From assembly GCA_964562635.1 (NCBI GenBank), contig CAZLUL010000002.1:1-46107 (forward strand): a DNA stretch of 46,107 nt. The letters run 5' to 3'. Shown here piece after piece: positions 18,708-26,402 of this stretch. Origin of the DNA: an uncultured Fibrobacteraceae bacterium. GTDB lineage: Bacteria; Krumholzibacteriota; Krumholzibacteriia; LZORAL124-64-63. Within the stretch, counting starts at the first letter, position 1, and every line of letters begins with the position of its first letter. The notes below the pieces were generated by a model. The model was not told the origin of the DNA and did no database searches. It saw nothing but the letters and a program-made list of their open reading frames with translations. Made by a program: the position numbers and the translations under genes.

Positions 18708-20124
18708 AGCGGGTGAACTCCTTGTGGAAGTGCAGGTCGAACTGCCCGATGGGGCCGTTGCGCTGCTTGCCGATGATGATCGTGCTCATGTTGTGCAGGC
18801 TTTCATCCTCGGGCTTGTACACTTCTTCACGGAAAATGAACATCACCACATCGGCATCCTGCTCAAGGGCGCCCGACTCCCGCAAATCGCTCAACATGGG
18901 TTTGTGGTCGGCGCGCGATTCGACCTGACGCGAAAGCTGGCTCAAGGCGATCACCGGCACGTCCAGATCCTTGGCCATGCCCTTCAGGTTGCGGCTGATG
19001 GTCGATATTTCCTGCTGCCGGTTTTCCTGGCGCCCGCTACCGGTCATCAACTGGAGGTAGTCGATGATGATCAACCCCAGTCCGTGCTGCTGCTTCAGGC
19101 GGCGCGCTTTGGACTTCATTTCCAGCACCGAGATGCCACTGTTGTCATCGATATAGATGGGCGCCTGGCTCAGGCTTTCGCAGGCCTGGGTCAACCGCGG
19201 CCAATCTTCGGCCCGCAGCTTGCCTCGGCGCAGGTTGTGCAGGTTGAACGAACCGCTGCTGCCGAGCATCCGCATGACCAGCTGTTCGCGCGCCATTTCC
19301 AGACTGAAAATGCCCACGCCCACTTTTTCATTCACGGCCACGTTGTACGCCATGTTCAAGGCCAAGCTGGTCTTACCCATCGACGGACGGGCCGCCAGGA
19401 TAATAAGATCGGACTTCTGCAAGCCACCCGTCTTGCGGTCCAATTCGCTGAAGCCCGTGCGCAGTCCCGTCACATCATCGTTGTTCTGGAAGGCCTCTTC
19501 GATGGACTTGAAAGTGCCCGGCACGATCTTCTCGACCGAAGAAAAGCCATCGTTGCGGGTGTCTTCGCTGATGTCGTAGATCTTGCCCTGGGCCCGATCC
19601 AGAATCTTGGCCGCTTCATCGGCCCCTTCGTGGGCCTCGGTCGATATGGCACTCGAAACAGTGATCAGATTGCGCAGCATGGATTTTTCGCGCACGATGG
19701 CCGCGTGGTGCATGACGTTGGCCGAGGTGCCCATCATGCCGGCCAGGTCGATCAGGAAATCCATACCGCCCACGATTTCCAGCAGGTTGGCGCCCTGCAG
19801 TTTCTTGATCTCGAACTTGTCCAAAAACGTTTCGGCCGAACGTTCGAGCAGGTCCGCCACGGTGATCGGGTCAATGGCCTGATCGTTTTCGTAGAGCAAG
19901 CCCATGGCCCGATAAACCAACTGGTGTTCGCGGCGGTAAAAATCCGTGTACTGGATCACTTCGGCAGCCAGACCAATGGCTTCCTTGTCCATCATCGCGG
20001 CGCCGAGCACAGCCTGTTCGGCTTCTTCGCTGAAGGGCGGCTGGCGATCGCGGGGCAGGCGATCGTAACCAAAGGACGAGCGACGGCCACCGCTGGCAAC
20101 ACCGGGGCCGGGGTCATCGGTCAT
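18688..20124 (-). CDS. dnaB: Replicative DNA helicase
   Basis: PPFSEEAEQAVLGAAMMD, Walker A ARPSMGKTS, IIIDYLQLM, and SQLSRQVESR...DLRESGALEQDAD. The start is trimmed to the ATG at 20124; the track start at 20316 is unlikely. Confidence 0.93.
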   Translation of the reverse strand: MTDDPGPGVASGGRRSSFGYDRLPRDRQPPFSEEAEQAVLGAAMMDKEAIGLAAEVIQYTDFYRREHQLVYRAMGLLYENDQAIDPITVADLLERSAETFLDKFEIKKLQGANLLEIVGGMDFLIDLAGMMGTSANVMHHAAIVREKSMLRNLITVSSAISTEAHEGADEAAKILDRAQGKIYDISEDTRNDGFSSVEKIVPGTFKSIEEAFQNNDDVTGLRTGFSELDRKTGGLQKSDLIILAARPSMGKTSLALNMAYNVAVNEKVGVGIFSLEMAREQLVMRMLGSSGSFNLHNLRRGKLRAEDWPRLTQACESLSQAPIYIDDNSGISVLEMKSKARRLKQQHGLGLIIIDYLQLMTGSGRQENRQQEISTISRNLKGMAKDLDVPVIALSQLSRQVESRADHKPMLSDLRESGALEQDADVVMFIFREEVYKPEDESLHNMSTIIIGKQRNGPIGQFDLHFHKEFTRFGDLAR

Positions 20125-20283
20125 GGGGCCGGGATCAGTGCTGTCCGAGGGCCCAGGAATATCGGGGCCGGTGGGTTGGGACTTGCCTTCCAAAATGATA
20201 CCTCTGCGCGCGCGGGAGCCGTGTTTTAGTGAGTTCCCCAAGTTACCACGCCCAGACCCAATCGCATAATGGCCGCTTTCCGG

Positions 20284-20485
20284 TAGTCCACAATCCTGTG
20301 GATAAGCTGGGGACAAGTTCGGGGATAGCGCGCCTGAACCTGGGGAGAAGCCGGGGAAAACCTGCCTTTCCGGTGGAAAAGAATCGCCATCGCGGGGATA
20401 ATCCTGGGGTCAGCTCGGCAAATGCCGGGCTAAGGTCCGTTTTACGGGACTTGCCCCGAAAAGTTATCCCCAGGACTGGGGATAA
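20284..20485. promoter_or_regulatory. Cluster of DnaA-box-like 9-mers arranged as 22-bp palindromes
   Basis: A perfect DnaA box TGTGGATAA at 20297..20305 lies inside TCCACA-ATCC-TGTGGA. A perfect 10-2-10 palindrome TTATCCCCAG-GA-CTGGGGATAA lies at 20464..20485. Related GGGGATAATCCTGGGG is at 20394..20409 and GGGGATAGC at 20321..20329. Confidence 0.4.
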
Positions 20486-20516
20486 CCCACCCCCAACCGG
20501 AGACCACGCGCCACCC

Positions 20517-21398
20517 ATGAGCGACAAGTCCACCCACAGCCAGGCCCTGCAGCGTATCATGGCGGCGGCCCACCCGCCCCAGCCCTGGCAAGCGTCCGGA
20601 CAGCTGCCCTGGCAAGACCAGGCCTTCAGCGAGCGCATGCTCACGGTGCACCTGGACCCCGAAACCCACATGGCCAGCCGGGCCGCCGAAGTGATCACTC
20701 GCCACCTCGACTGGCTTCTGGGTCAGTTGAATCAACGTGGCCAACAGGGGCCAGCGCACATTCTGGATGTCGGCTGCGGGCCCGGTCTCTATTGCCACGA
20801 ACTGGCTCGCCGCGGCCATCGGGCCACCGGCTTCGACTTCGCGCCGGCACCCTTGGCCTGGGCCCGGCAACAGGCCGAGGCCGAAAATCTGGCGACCCAC
20901 TTTTTTGCGGCGGACCTGACCGACTTGCCGGCTGACCTGGCCACCACCGTCGGCCCCGTCGACGCCATCACCTTCTGGTTCGGGGAATTTCATTCATTCC
21001 AACCGGCGGTGGCCGAAAACTTCCTGTCCCGCCTGGCCCAATGCCTGCGTCCCGGCGGGCTGTTCATCCTGGAATACCAACCCTGGGATTTGTTCGTCCG
21101 CGAGGACAGCAATGAATGGACCGCCTGCGAGAGTTCGGTTTTCTGCGACCGCCCGCATCTCTGGCTGCAGGAGTTCAGCTGGAACGAAGAAGCCCGGGCC
21201 GAGGTTCATGTGCACTGGATCATCGAGCAGGAATCGGGTAACCTGCACAGGTACGAGCAATGTCATCAGGGCTGGCCCGAGGCCGAACTGGTGGAACTGC
21301 TGGCCCGGGTGGGGCTGGGCGACCCGTCCTTTTCTCCGCCCATCACCGGCGTGGCCGAAGAATTTGAGTTCCCCATGCTGGTGACCCGGAAACTGTAG
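20517..21398 (+). CDS. Class I SAM-dependent methyltransferase
   Basis: Motif I ILDVGCGPGLY followed by an acidic residue at GFDFAP, then LRPGGLFILE. The start is trimmed to the ATG at 20517. The upstream part of the track ORF is the G-rich intergenic region. Confidence 0.85.
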   Translation: MSDKSTHSQALQRIMAAAHPPQPWQASGQLPWQDQAFSERMLTVHLDPETHMASRAAEVITRHLDWLLGQLNQRGQQGPAHILDVGCGPGLYCHELARRGHRATGFDFAPAPLAWARQQAEAENLATHFFAADLTDLPADLATTVGPVDAITFWFGEFHSFQPAVAENFLSRLAQCLRPGGLFILEYQPWDLFVREDSNEWTACESSVFCDRPHLWLQEFSWNEEARAEVHVHWIIEQESGNLHRYEQCHQGWPEAELVELLARVGLGDPSFSPPITGVAEEFEFPMLVTRKL

Positions 21399-21487
21399 TG
21401 AACCTGAGACATGCAGCCAGAAAGCACCCTACGTGAGCCCTGACCGCAGATCAGCATCCGGCCCCGGCAAACCGGCGGAGGACCAAC

Positions 21488-22933
21488 ATGGTTTGGCGTA
21501 ACCCCCGCCGCCTGCTGCCATTTCTGCTGGGTTTGGTCCTTTTTGTGGGTCTGGCCATGGCGCCCCCCTTTCCCGACACAGTCGACCCGGCCGGACAAGC
21601 GGTGCACCTGAGCAGCCAGGGACAGGCGGCCCTGGGCCTTTTTCTGCTGGCCGGCATCTGGTGGGTCTTTGAAGTGGTGCCCGTTGGGGTGACGGCCATC
21701 GCCATCGCCGTCTTCCAGTCCCTGTGGCTGATCCGCGACCCTCGCGCGGCCATGACGGACTTCATGGACCCCTCGGTGTGGTTCATTTTCGGTTCGCTGC
21801 TGATCGGCGCCAGTTTCACCCGCACCGGACTGACTCGGCGCCTGGCCTTCCTCATGCTTTCCCGCCTCTCCGAACGCACAAACATCATCTACCTTGGGGT
21901 CTTTGGCATGACAGCCGCCCTGACCCTGTTCATGGCCCACACAGCGGTCGCCGCGGCGGTTTTCCCCCTGTTGCTGGTGGTCCATAACCTCTATGAGCCA
22001 TCCGGCAAGGTGACCCGCTTTGGCAAAGGCCTGTTCATTGGCATGGCCTGGACCGCAGGCGCCGGCAGCATCATCACCCTGCTGGGCGCTGCCCGCGGCG
22101 CGGTCGCCCTCGGGTTCTACCAGAAACTCGGCGGCGAAGAGATCAGCTTCTTTGAACTGACCAAGTTCATGTTGCCTCTCGGGGTCCTGATGGTATTTCT
22201 ATTGTGGGGCTATATCTGCCTGGCTTTCCGGCCCGAAAAAGGTGAGGTGCCTGGCTTGAGGGCGCGAGCGGCCCAACTCTACGCCGACCTGGGCCCGGTC
22301 ACCCGGCGGGAAATCGGAACCCTGGTTATTGTGGCGGGAGTGGTCACCATGCTCAGTCTGCGCTCTTTTGTGCCTGCCCTGGCTGCGGTCGACAAGAGCG
22401 CGGTCATTCTTTCTGCTGGCCTGCTCTTCTTTTTCACCAACATCCTGAGCCTGAAAGATCTCGAGGCGGTGCCCTGGAACATCGTGCTGCTCTTCGGCGG
22501 CGCCATGAGTATCGGCTTCTGCCTGTGGCAGACCGGAGCCGCCGAATGGATGGCCATCGGCTGGCTCAGCCTGCTGCACACCGCGCCCTGGTTCGTCTTC
22601 GTCATCGGCGTCGCTTTTTTCGTGATGATCATGACCAACTTCATCATGAACGTGGCCGCCATCGCCATCACCCTGCCGGTGGCTCTGGTCATGGCCCGCT
22701 ACATCGGCGTGCATCCTGAAGTCGTGGTCTTCGCATCGCTCGCCGCGGCCGGCATGCCCTTTATGCTCCTGGTCGGCGCGGCCCCCAATGCCATCGCCTT
22801 TGAAAGCAAGATGTTCCGCACGCGGGAATTTTTCCTGCACGGTATTCCGGCCAGTGCCATGCTCATGCTCGTCATCGCGCTGTTTGTCTGGAAAGTGTGG
22901 CCCATGATGGGCATGCCGGTGCTGACCGGGTGA
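21488..22933 (+). CDS. SLC13/DASS (ArsB/NhaD-superfamily) anion permease
   Basis: SD GGAGG. 481 aa with at least 12 hydrophobic segments and two re-entrant-like segments (FMAHTAVAAAVFPLL and MTNFIMNVAAIAITLPVA) that resemble the DASS SNT hairpins. Confidence 0.75.
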   Translation: MVWRNPRRLLPFLLGLVLFVGLAMAPPFPDTVDPAGQAVHLSSQGQAALGLFLLAGIWWVFEVVPVGVTAIAIAVFQSLWLIRDPRAAMTDFMDPSVWFIFGSLLIGASFTRTGLTRRLAFLMLSRLSERTNIIYLGVFGMTAALTLFMAHTAVAAAVFPLLLVVHNLYEPSGKVTRFGKGLFIGMAWTAGAGSIITLLGAARGAVALGFYQKLGGEEISFFELTKFMLPLGVLMVFLLWGYICLAFRPEKGEVPGLRARAAQLYADLGPVTRREIGTLVIVAGVVTMLSLRSFVPALAAVDKSAVILSAGLLFFFTNILSLKDLEAVPWNIVLLFGGAMSIGFCLWQTGAAEWMAIGWLSLLHTAPWFVFVIGVAFFVMIMTNFIMNVAAIAITLPVALVMARYIGVHPEVVVFASLAAAGMPFMLLVGAAPNAIAFESKMFRTREFFLHGIPASAMLMLVIALFVWKVWPMMGMPVLTG

Positions 22934-22955
22934 TCCCGCCCGGTTCGTCAAATCC

Positions 22956-22985
22956 GCAATATCAGGCAATATTAGGCAATATCAG
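22956..22985. repeat. 3 x 10-bp tandem repeat GCAATATYAG
   Basis: GCAATATCAG GCAATATTAG GCAATATCAG read directly, between convergent gene ends at 22933 and 23001. Confidence 0.85.
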
Positions 22986-23000
22986 AATAGTGAAGATGGC

Positions 23001-23618
23001 TCAGGCTTGAGCGCTGGCTTCCAGGTCGGACAGATTCTCAAAAAGGATCTGGGGGCTTGGCAGTGGCGGCAGGCAGACAACTTTCGCGCCGAGTTCCGAT
23101 TCCAGGCCCAATCCCCCGGAGCCCAGAATCAGAACTCGACAACTGTCCGCAACGGCTTGTTTAACAAGGTCGGTACAAGCCGGTCCAAACTCGTCCTGCG
23201 TCCCTCTGAGAATCAATAAAGCGCGGCAACCGCTACCAACAGATTTGAGTGCACCTTGCAGGCTCGTCACCCGATCAACGCGGAAACGGCCAGACAAACA
23301 GGCCGCCAAGTCCCCAGCCAAGGGGCCGCTTTCAGCAAAAATTGCGACAACGGGTAATTGTTTATTTACGCGTTCAGGCTGCATTTCAATCTTTTCAAAC
23401 CTCGCAAAGGGATGGACCATTTCCGGTGAATCATGTGGAAGCCGGCTCGATCGGCTTGACTCTCGCCCAGCGCCAAGGCGTTCAGCCCCGGCTTCCACAA
23501 TTTCACGACTCGAATCTTGCTCGGCCTCTTGGTCAGCGGTTCCAATCTTCAGCGCTTCCAGCGCCATCCGGTTCTCGTCATTATCTGACAAAAAACCCTT
23601 TGGTCTCACGTGAGTCAT
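23001..23618 (-). CDS. Hypothetical protein with a C-terminal receiver-like domain lacking phospho-acceptor residues (pseudo-receiver)
   Basis: The C-terminal ~120 aa follow the REC beta-alpha pattern, but DD becomes AE (VVAIFAES), the phospho-Asp position reads ALLILRG, T becomes G (VLILGSGG) and K becomes L/P (VVCLPPLP). The start is uncertain: ATG 23618 or TTG 23714. Confidence 0.5.
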   Translation of the reverse strand: MTHVRPKGFLSDNDENRMALEALKIGTADQEAEQDSSREIVEAGAERLGAGRESSRSSRLPHDSPEMVHPFARFEKIEMQPERVNKQLPVVAIFAESGPLAGDLAACLSGRFRVDRVTSLQGALKSVGSGCRALLILRGTQDEFGPACTDLVKQAVADSCRVLILGSGGLGLESELGAKVVCLPPLPSPQILFENLSDLEASAQA

Positions 23619-23994
23619 AGGTGCCTGCTTGCTGTCCGAAGATGCCTCTAATCCGCGTCTCGCCCCCGCTCGGTCACCTACCCAGCCCAATACCGGGCCG
23701 TGTCCGCGATCCAATCCTCTGATCCCCCTCGAGATACTATACCCCCTATAGGCAATCCTTATGCCCTTCCAGATACAAACGGAAAGAAAATCATTAGCTG
23801 TTCAAACACAACGCATTACAGCCTTATTAAACTTCTGTATTGGAGAACTGGGGGAAGGTGGTGCAACTTTTTTGTTGCATCTGAAAAACATCAAAACTTC
23901 ATAACTAGATTAAAATCAACGAAAACACAGGTGCCACAAAAATGTTGCAGAAAACTCGCGTGTTGCGGTTGTCTGAATCGGTTCGGCCGGAGGC

Positions 23995-25428
23995 TCAGGC
24001 AGGCTTAAATTCGTCCGGATCCACGCCCAGATCCCTCAATTTGCGTTGGAAAGACTGGCGCAGAACACCGCTGGCCTCGGCGGCCCGACTGACATTGCCG
24101 CCAGCGGCCCGCAATCGGTTGCGGCAATATTGACGCTCCCGCTCCTCCTTGGCCCCGTCGCCGGCCTCTTTCAAGGACATCGTCTCGGATTCTGCGGCGC
24201 CCCCCCCGCCCGATGCCTCGCCGGATATCTCGTCGGATGACTCGTCAGCCCGCATATCAAACCCAGGATCCAAACCGAACATGTCCCCCAGTCCAATCAA
24301 TCCTCCCCGACAGTTGATCACCGCGCGCTCGACAAAATTGCGCAACTCGCGCACGTTGCCTGGCCACCGTTCCTGCAGGATACGCTGTTCTACGGCCGGT
24401 GAGAATCCGGCGATGGCCCGGGCGTTTTCAGCGGCGAACTGATCCAGGAAATGGCGGGCCAGGACCATCACATCGCCGGGTCGCTGCCGCAAGGCGGGCA
24501 ACTTGATGCGATAGATATTCAGGCGGTAATAAAGATCTTCACGGAACGTGCCCTCGTTGATCGCCTCGGTCAGATCCCGACTGGTGGCCGCCACGATGCG
24601 GCAACGCACCTCGCGTTCGACATTTTCGCCCAGGCGCACAAACATCTTCTCGCCCAGGGCACGCAACAGCTTGACCTGCAAGTCCAGCGGAGCTTCACCC
24701 ACTTCGTCCATGAAGAACGTGCCACCGGCCGCCAATTCCAGTTTGCCGATGCGCGACTTGGCCCCGGTGAACGCCGCCTGGCTGTGGCCAAAAATTTCCG
24801 ACTCGATCAGGTCAGCCGGAAAGGCCGAGCAATTGATGCCCACAAACGGCCCGCTGCTATAGTTGCTGCCTTCATGAACCCGGCGCGCGATCATTTCCTT
24901 GCCCGTGCCCGACTCGCCTGTGATCAGTACGGTCGCAGTGGTGCCGGCCACGGTATCGGCCTGCTCGAGAACCCGGAACATCCTATCGTCGCCACAGATA
25001 AAAGAGCCGGTCAGGCGGCCCAACTCTCCCTGTTGGGCCTGAATTTGGCGTTTGCTCCGGCCGGCCACCAGGGCCCGCTCGATCAGGTTGAACAGCTCCG
25101 GGGGGTCTGCTGGTTTGATCACATAGTGGAAGGCCCCCAGCTTCATGGCCTCAACCACGGTGCTGACCCGGGTCCGGCCCGAAAGCATGATCACTGGCGG
25201 CGGGTCGTCCAGGGCCCGGATACGTTCCAGGATCTGCACGCCGTTGACTTCACTGCCCTCGAATTCCACATCCAGCAGGACCACATCAGGACTGATGACG
25301 GCGATTTTTCTCAGCCCGGCTTCCGCATCGTGGGCCATGTCGATGTTGTAGCGGGAGCCGAGCACGGCCTCCAGGTCGTCGCAGAAATCGGGTTCGTCAT
25401 CGAGCAGAAACAGGCGGGGCCGGTTCAT
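23995..25428 (-). CDS. Sigma-54-dependent response regulator, NtrC family
   Basis: REC (LLDDEP...DVVLLDVEF), Walker A GESGTGK, the AAFTGA loop, and a C-terminal Fis-type HTH (GGNVSRAAEASGVLRQSFQRKLR). The ATG at 25428 lies 1 nt after the UDG stop. Confidence 0.92.
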   Translation of the reverse strand: MNRPRLFLLDDEPDFCDDLEAVLGSRYNIDMAHDAEAGLRKIAVISPDVVLLDVEFEGSEVNGVQILERIRALDDPPPVIMLSGRTRVSTVVEAMKLGAFHYVIKPADPPELFNLIERALVAGRSKRQIQAQQGELGRLTGSFICGDDRMFRVLEQADTVAGTTATVLITGESGTGKEMIARRVHEGSNYSSGPFVGINCSAFPADLIESEIFGHSQAAFTGAKSRIGKLELAAGGTFFMDEVGEAPLDLQVKLLRALGEKMFVRLGENVEREVRCRIVAATSRDLTEAINEGTFREDLYYRLNIYRIKLPALRQRPGDVMVLARHFLDQFAAENARAIAGFSPAVEQRILQERWPGNVRELRNFVERAVINCRGGLIGLGDMFGLDPGFDMRADESSDEISGEASGGGGAAESETMSLKEAGDGAKEERERQYCRNRLRAAGGNVSRAAEASGVLRQSFQRKLRDLGVDPDEFKPA

Positions 25429-25429
25429 C

Positions 25430-26371
25430 TCAACCCTCTTCCGCTTGCAGGGCCTCACTCAGCGCCTGCAGTTTGCGCACGTCGTCCCAAGTGTCGCGTT
25501 TCCAGCTCGGATTGCGCAACAGGGCGGCCGGATGGAAGGTCGCCATCACCGGCACCCCGGCGTAAAAATGCACCGAATTGCGCAGCTTGCCCAGGCTCAG
25601 ATCGGTCTTGAGCAGGGTTTGGGCCGCCACCCGCCCCAGGCAACAGATCACCCGCGGTTGCAGGATCGCCAACTGACGTTTCAGGTGCGGCTCACAGTGT
25701 TGAACCTCATGCGGTTGCGGGTCGCGATTATTGGGCGGCCGGCACTTCAGGATATTGCAGATGTAGACATCGTCGCGGGAGTAGCCGAGGGCATCCAGAA
25801 TCTTGGTGAGCAACTGACCACTGGCGCCCACGAATGGTTCGCCCTGCTGGTCTTCTTCCCGCCCCGGTGCCTCGCCAATAAAAACCACATCGGCCCGGGG
25901 ATTGCCGGTGCCAAAGACGGTGGTCTGGCGAGTGCCACTCAAATCGCACGCCGTGCAGGGCCGGACTTCGGCTTCCAGGGCGGCCATGGCAGCGGCCGCA
26001 TCATCGGCGTGGGCTGTGAGCAGGGGTTCGGTCACCGGTGCAGTAGGATCCGCCTCGGCCTGGCGCTTGATCAGGGCCATGGTCTCGCCCACGAACTGAT
26101 CACATCGTGCGCGGAAGGCGGCTTCCTTGTCGTTGGCCGGCACCGGTCCGGCTGGTTTGGCCCGTGTTGCGGGTGTTGCGGGTTTTGCGGGTTCAACCGG
26201 TGCCGGAGCCGGCGCCGCAGCTTCGGCCACCTCAGGTTCCGCTGTCACCGGAATCACCTCGGGCCGGCTGCCTTCATCCAGGTACCATTCGGCTCCCTGG
26301 GCCCGGTTCTGGCGGATCCAGGCCTGCAGGTCTCCAATGATGTTTTGGCGCTCGTCCGGGTGATTAGCCAT
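25430..26371 (-). CDS. Uracil-DNA glycosylase, family 4, with a roughly 140-aa N-terminal extension
   Basis: Motif [24 protein letters not shown], motif [14 protein letters not shown], and Fe-S Cys residues (CTAC...C). The N-terminus contains a Pro/Ala-rich linker. Confidence 0.85.
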   Translation of the reverse strand: MANHPDERQNIIGDLQAWIRQNRAQGAEWYLDEGSRPEVIPVTAEPEVAEAAAPAPAPVEPAKPATPATRAKPAGPVPANDKEAAFRARCDQFVGETMALIKRQAEADPTAPVTEPLLTAHADDAAAAMAALEAEVRPCTACDLSGTRQTTVFGTGNPRADVVFIGEAPGREEDQQGEPFVGASGQLLTKILDALGYSRDDVYICNILKCRPPNNRDPQPHEVQHCEPHLKRQLAILQPRVICCLGRVAAQTLLKTDLSLGKLRNSVHFYAGVPVMATFHPAALLRNPSWKRDTWDDVRKLQALSEALQAEEG

Positions 26372-26402
26372 GGGTATCGCTTTGTTGGTCGCTCAATATT
26401 TG

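Noticed and set aside
18724-20229. 501-aa plus-strand ORF antisense to dnaB, with similar long antisense ORFs at 3030..4181, 15374..16099, 24451..25611, 25445..26779, 30240..31721, 35889..37229, 37690..38586, 40982..41920 and 42129..43169
   Set aside because: Each lies opposite a gene with clear family motifs. Their compositions are typical of antisense frames in high-GC coding DNA.
20125-20516. Interpretation of the DnaA-box cluster as the chromosomal origin (oriC)
   Set aside because: There is no AT-rich unwinding element in or beside the cluster, which is G-rich. dnaA and dnaN are not adjacent. Gene orientation does not switch durably here: only two plus-strand genes follow, then the minus-strand bias resumes from 23001. 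I kept it as a DnaA-box-like regulatory cluster, not an origin.
23855-23962. Sigma-54 promoter-like strings GGTGCAAC-TTTTTT-GTTGCAT and GGTGCCACAAAAATGTTGCAG near the NtrC-type gene
   Set aside because: The GG-to-GC spacing is 17 nt instead of the required 12. Both also point on the plus strand into the 3' end of a minus-strand gene. The first is better described as a 6-bp hairpin.
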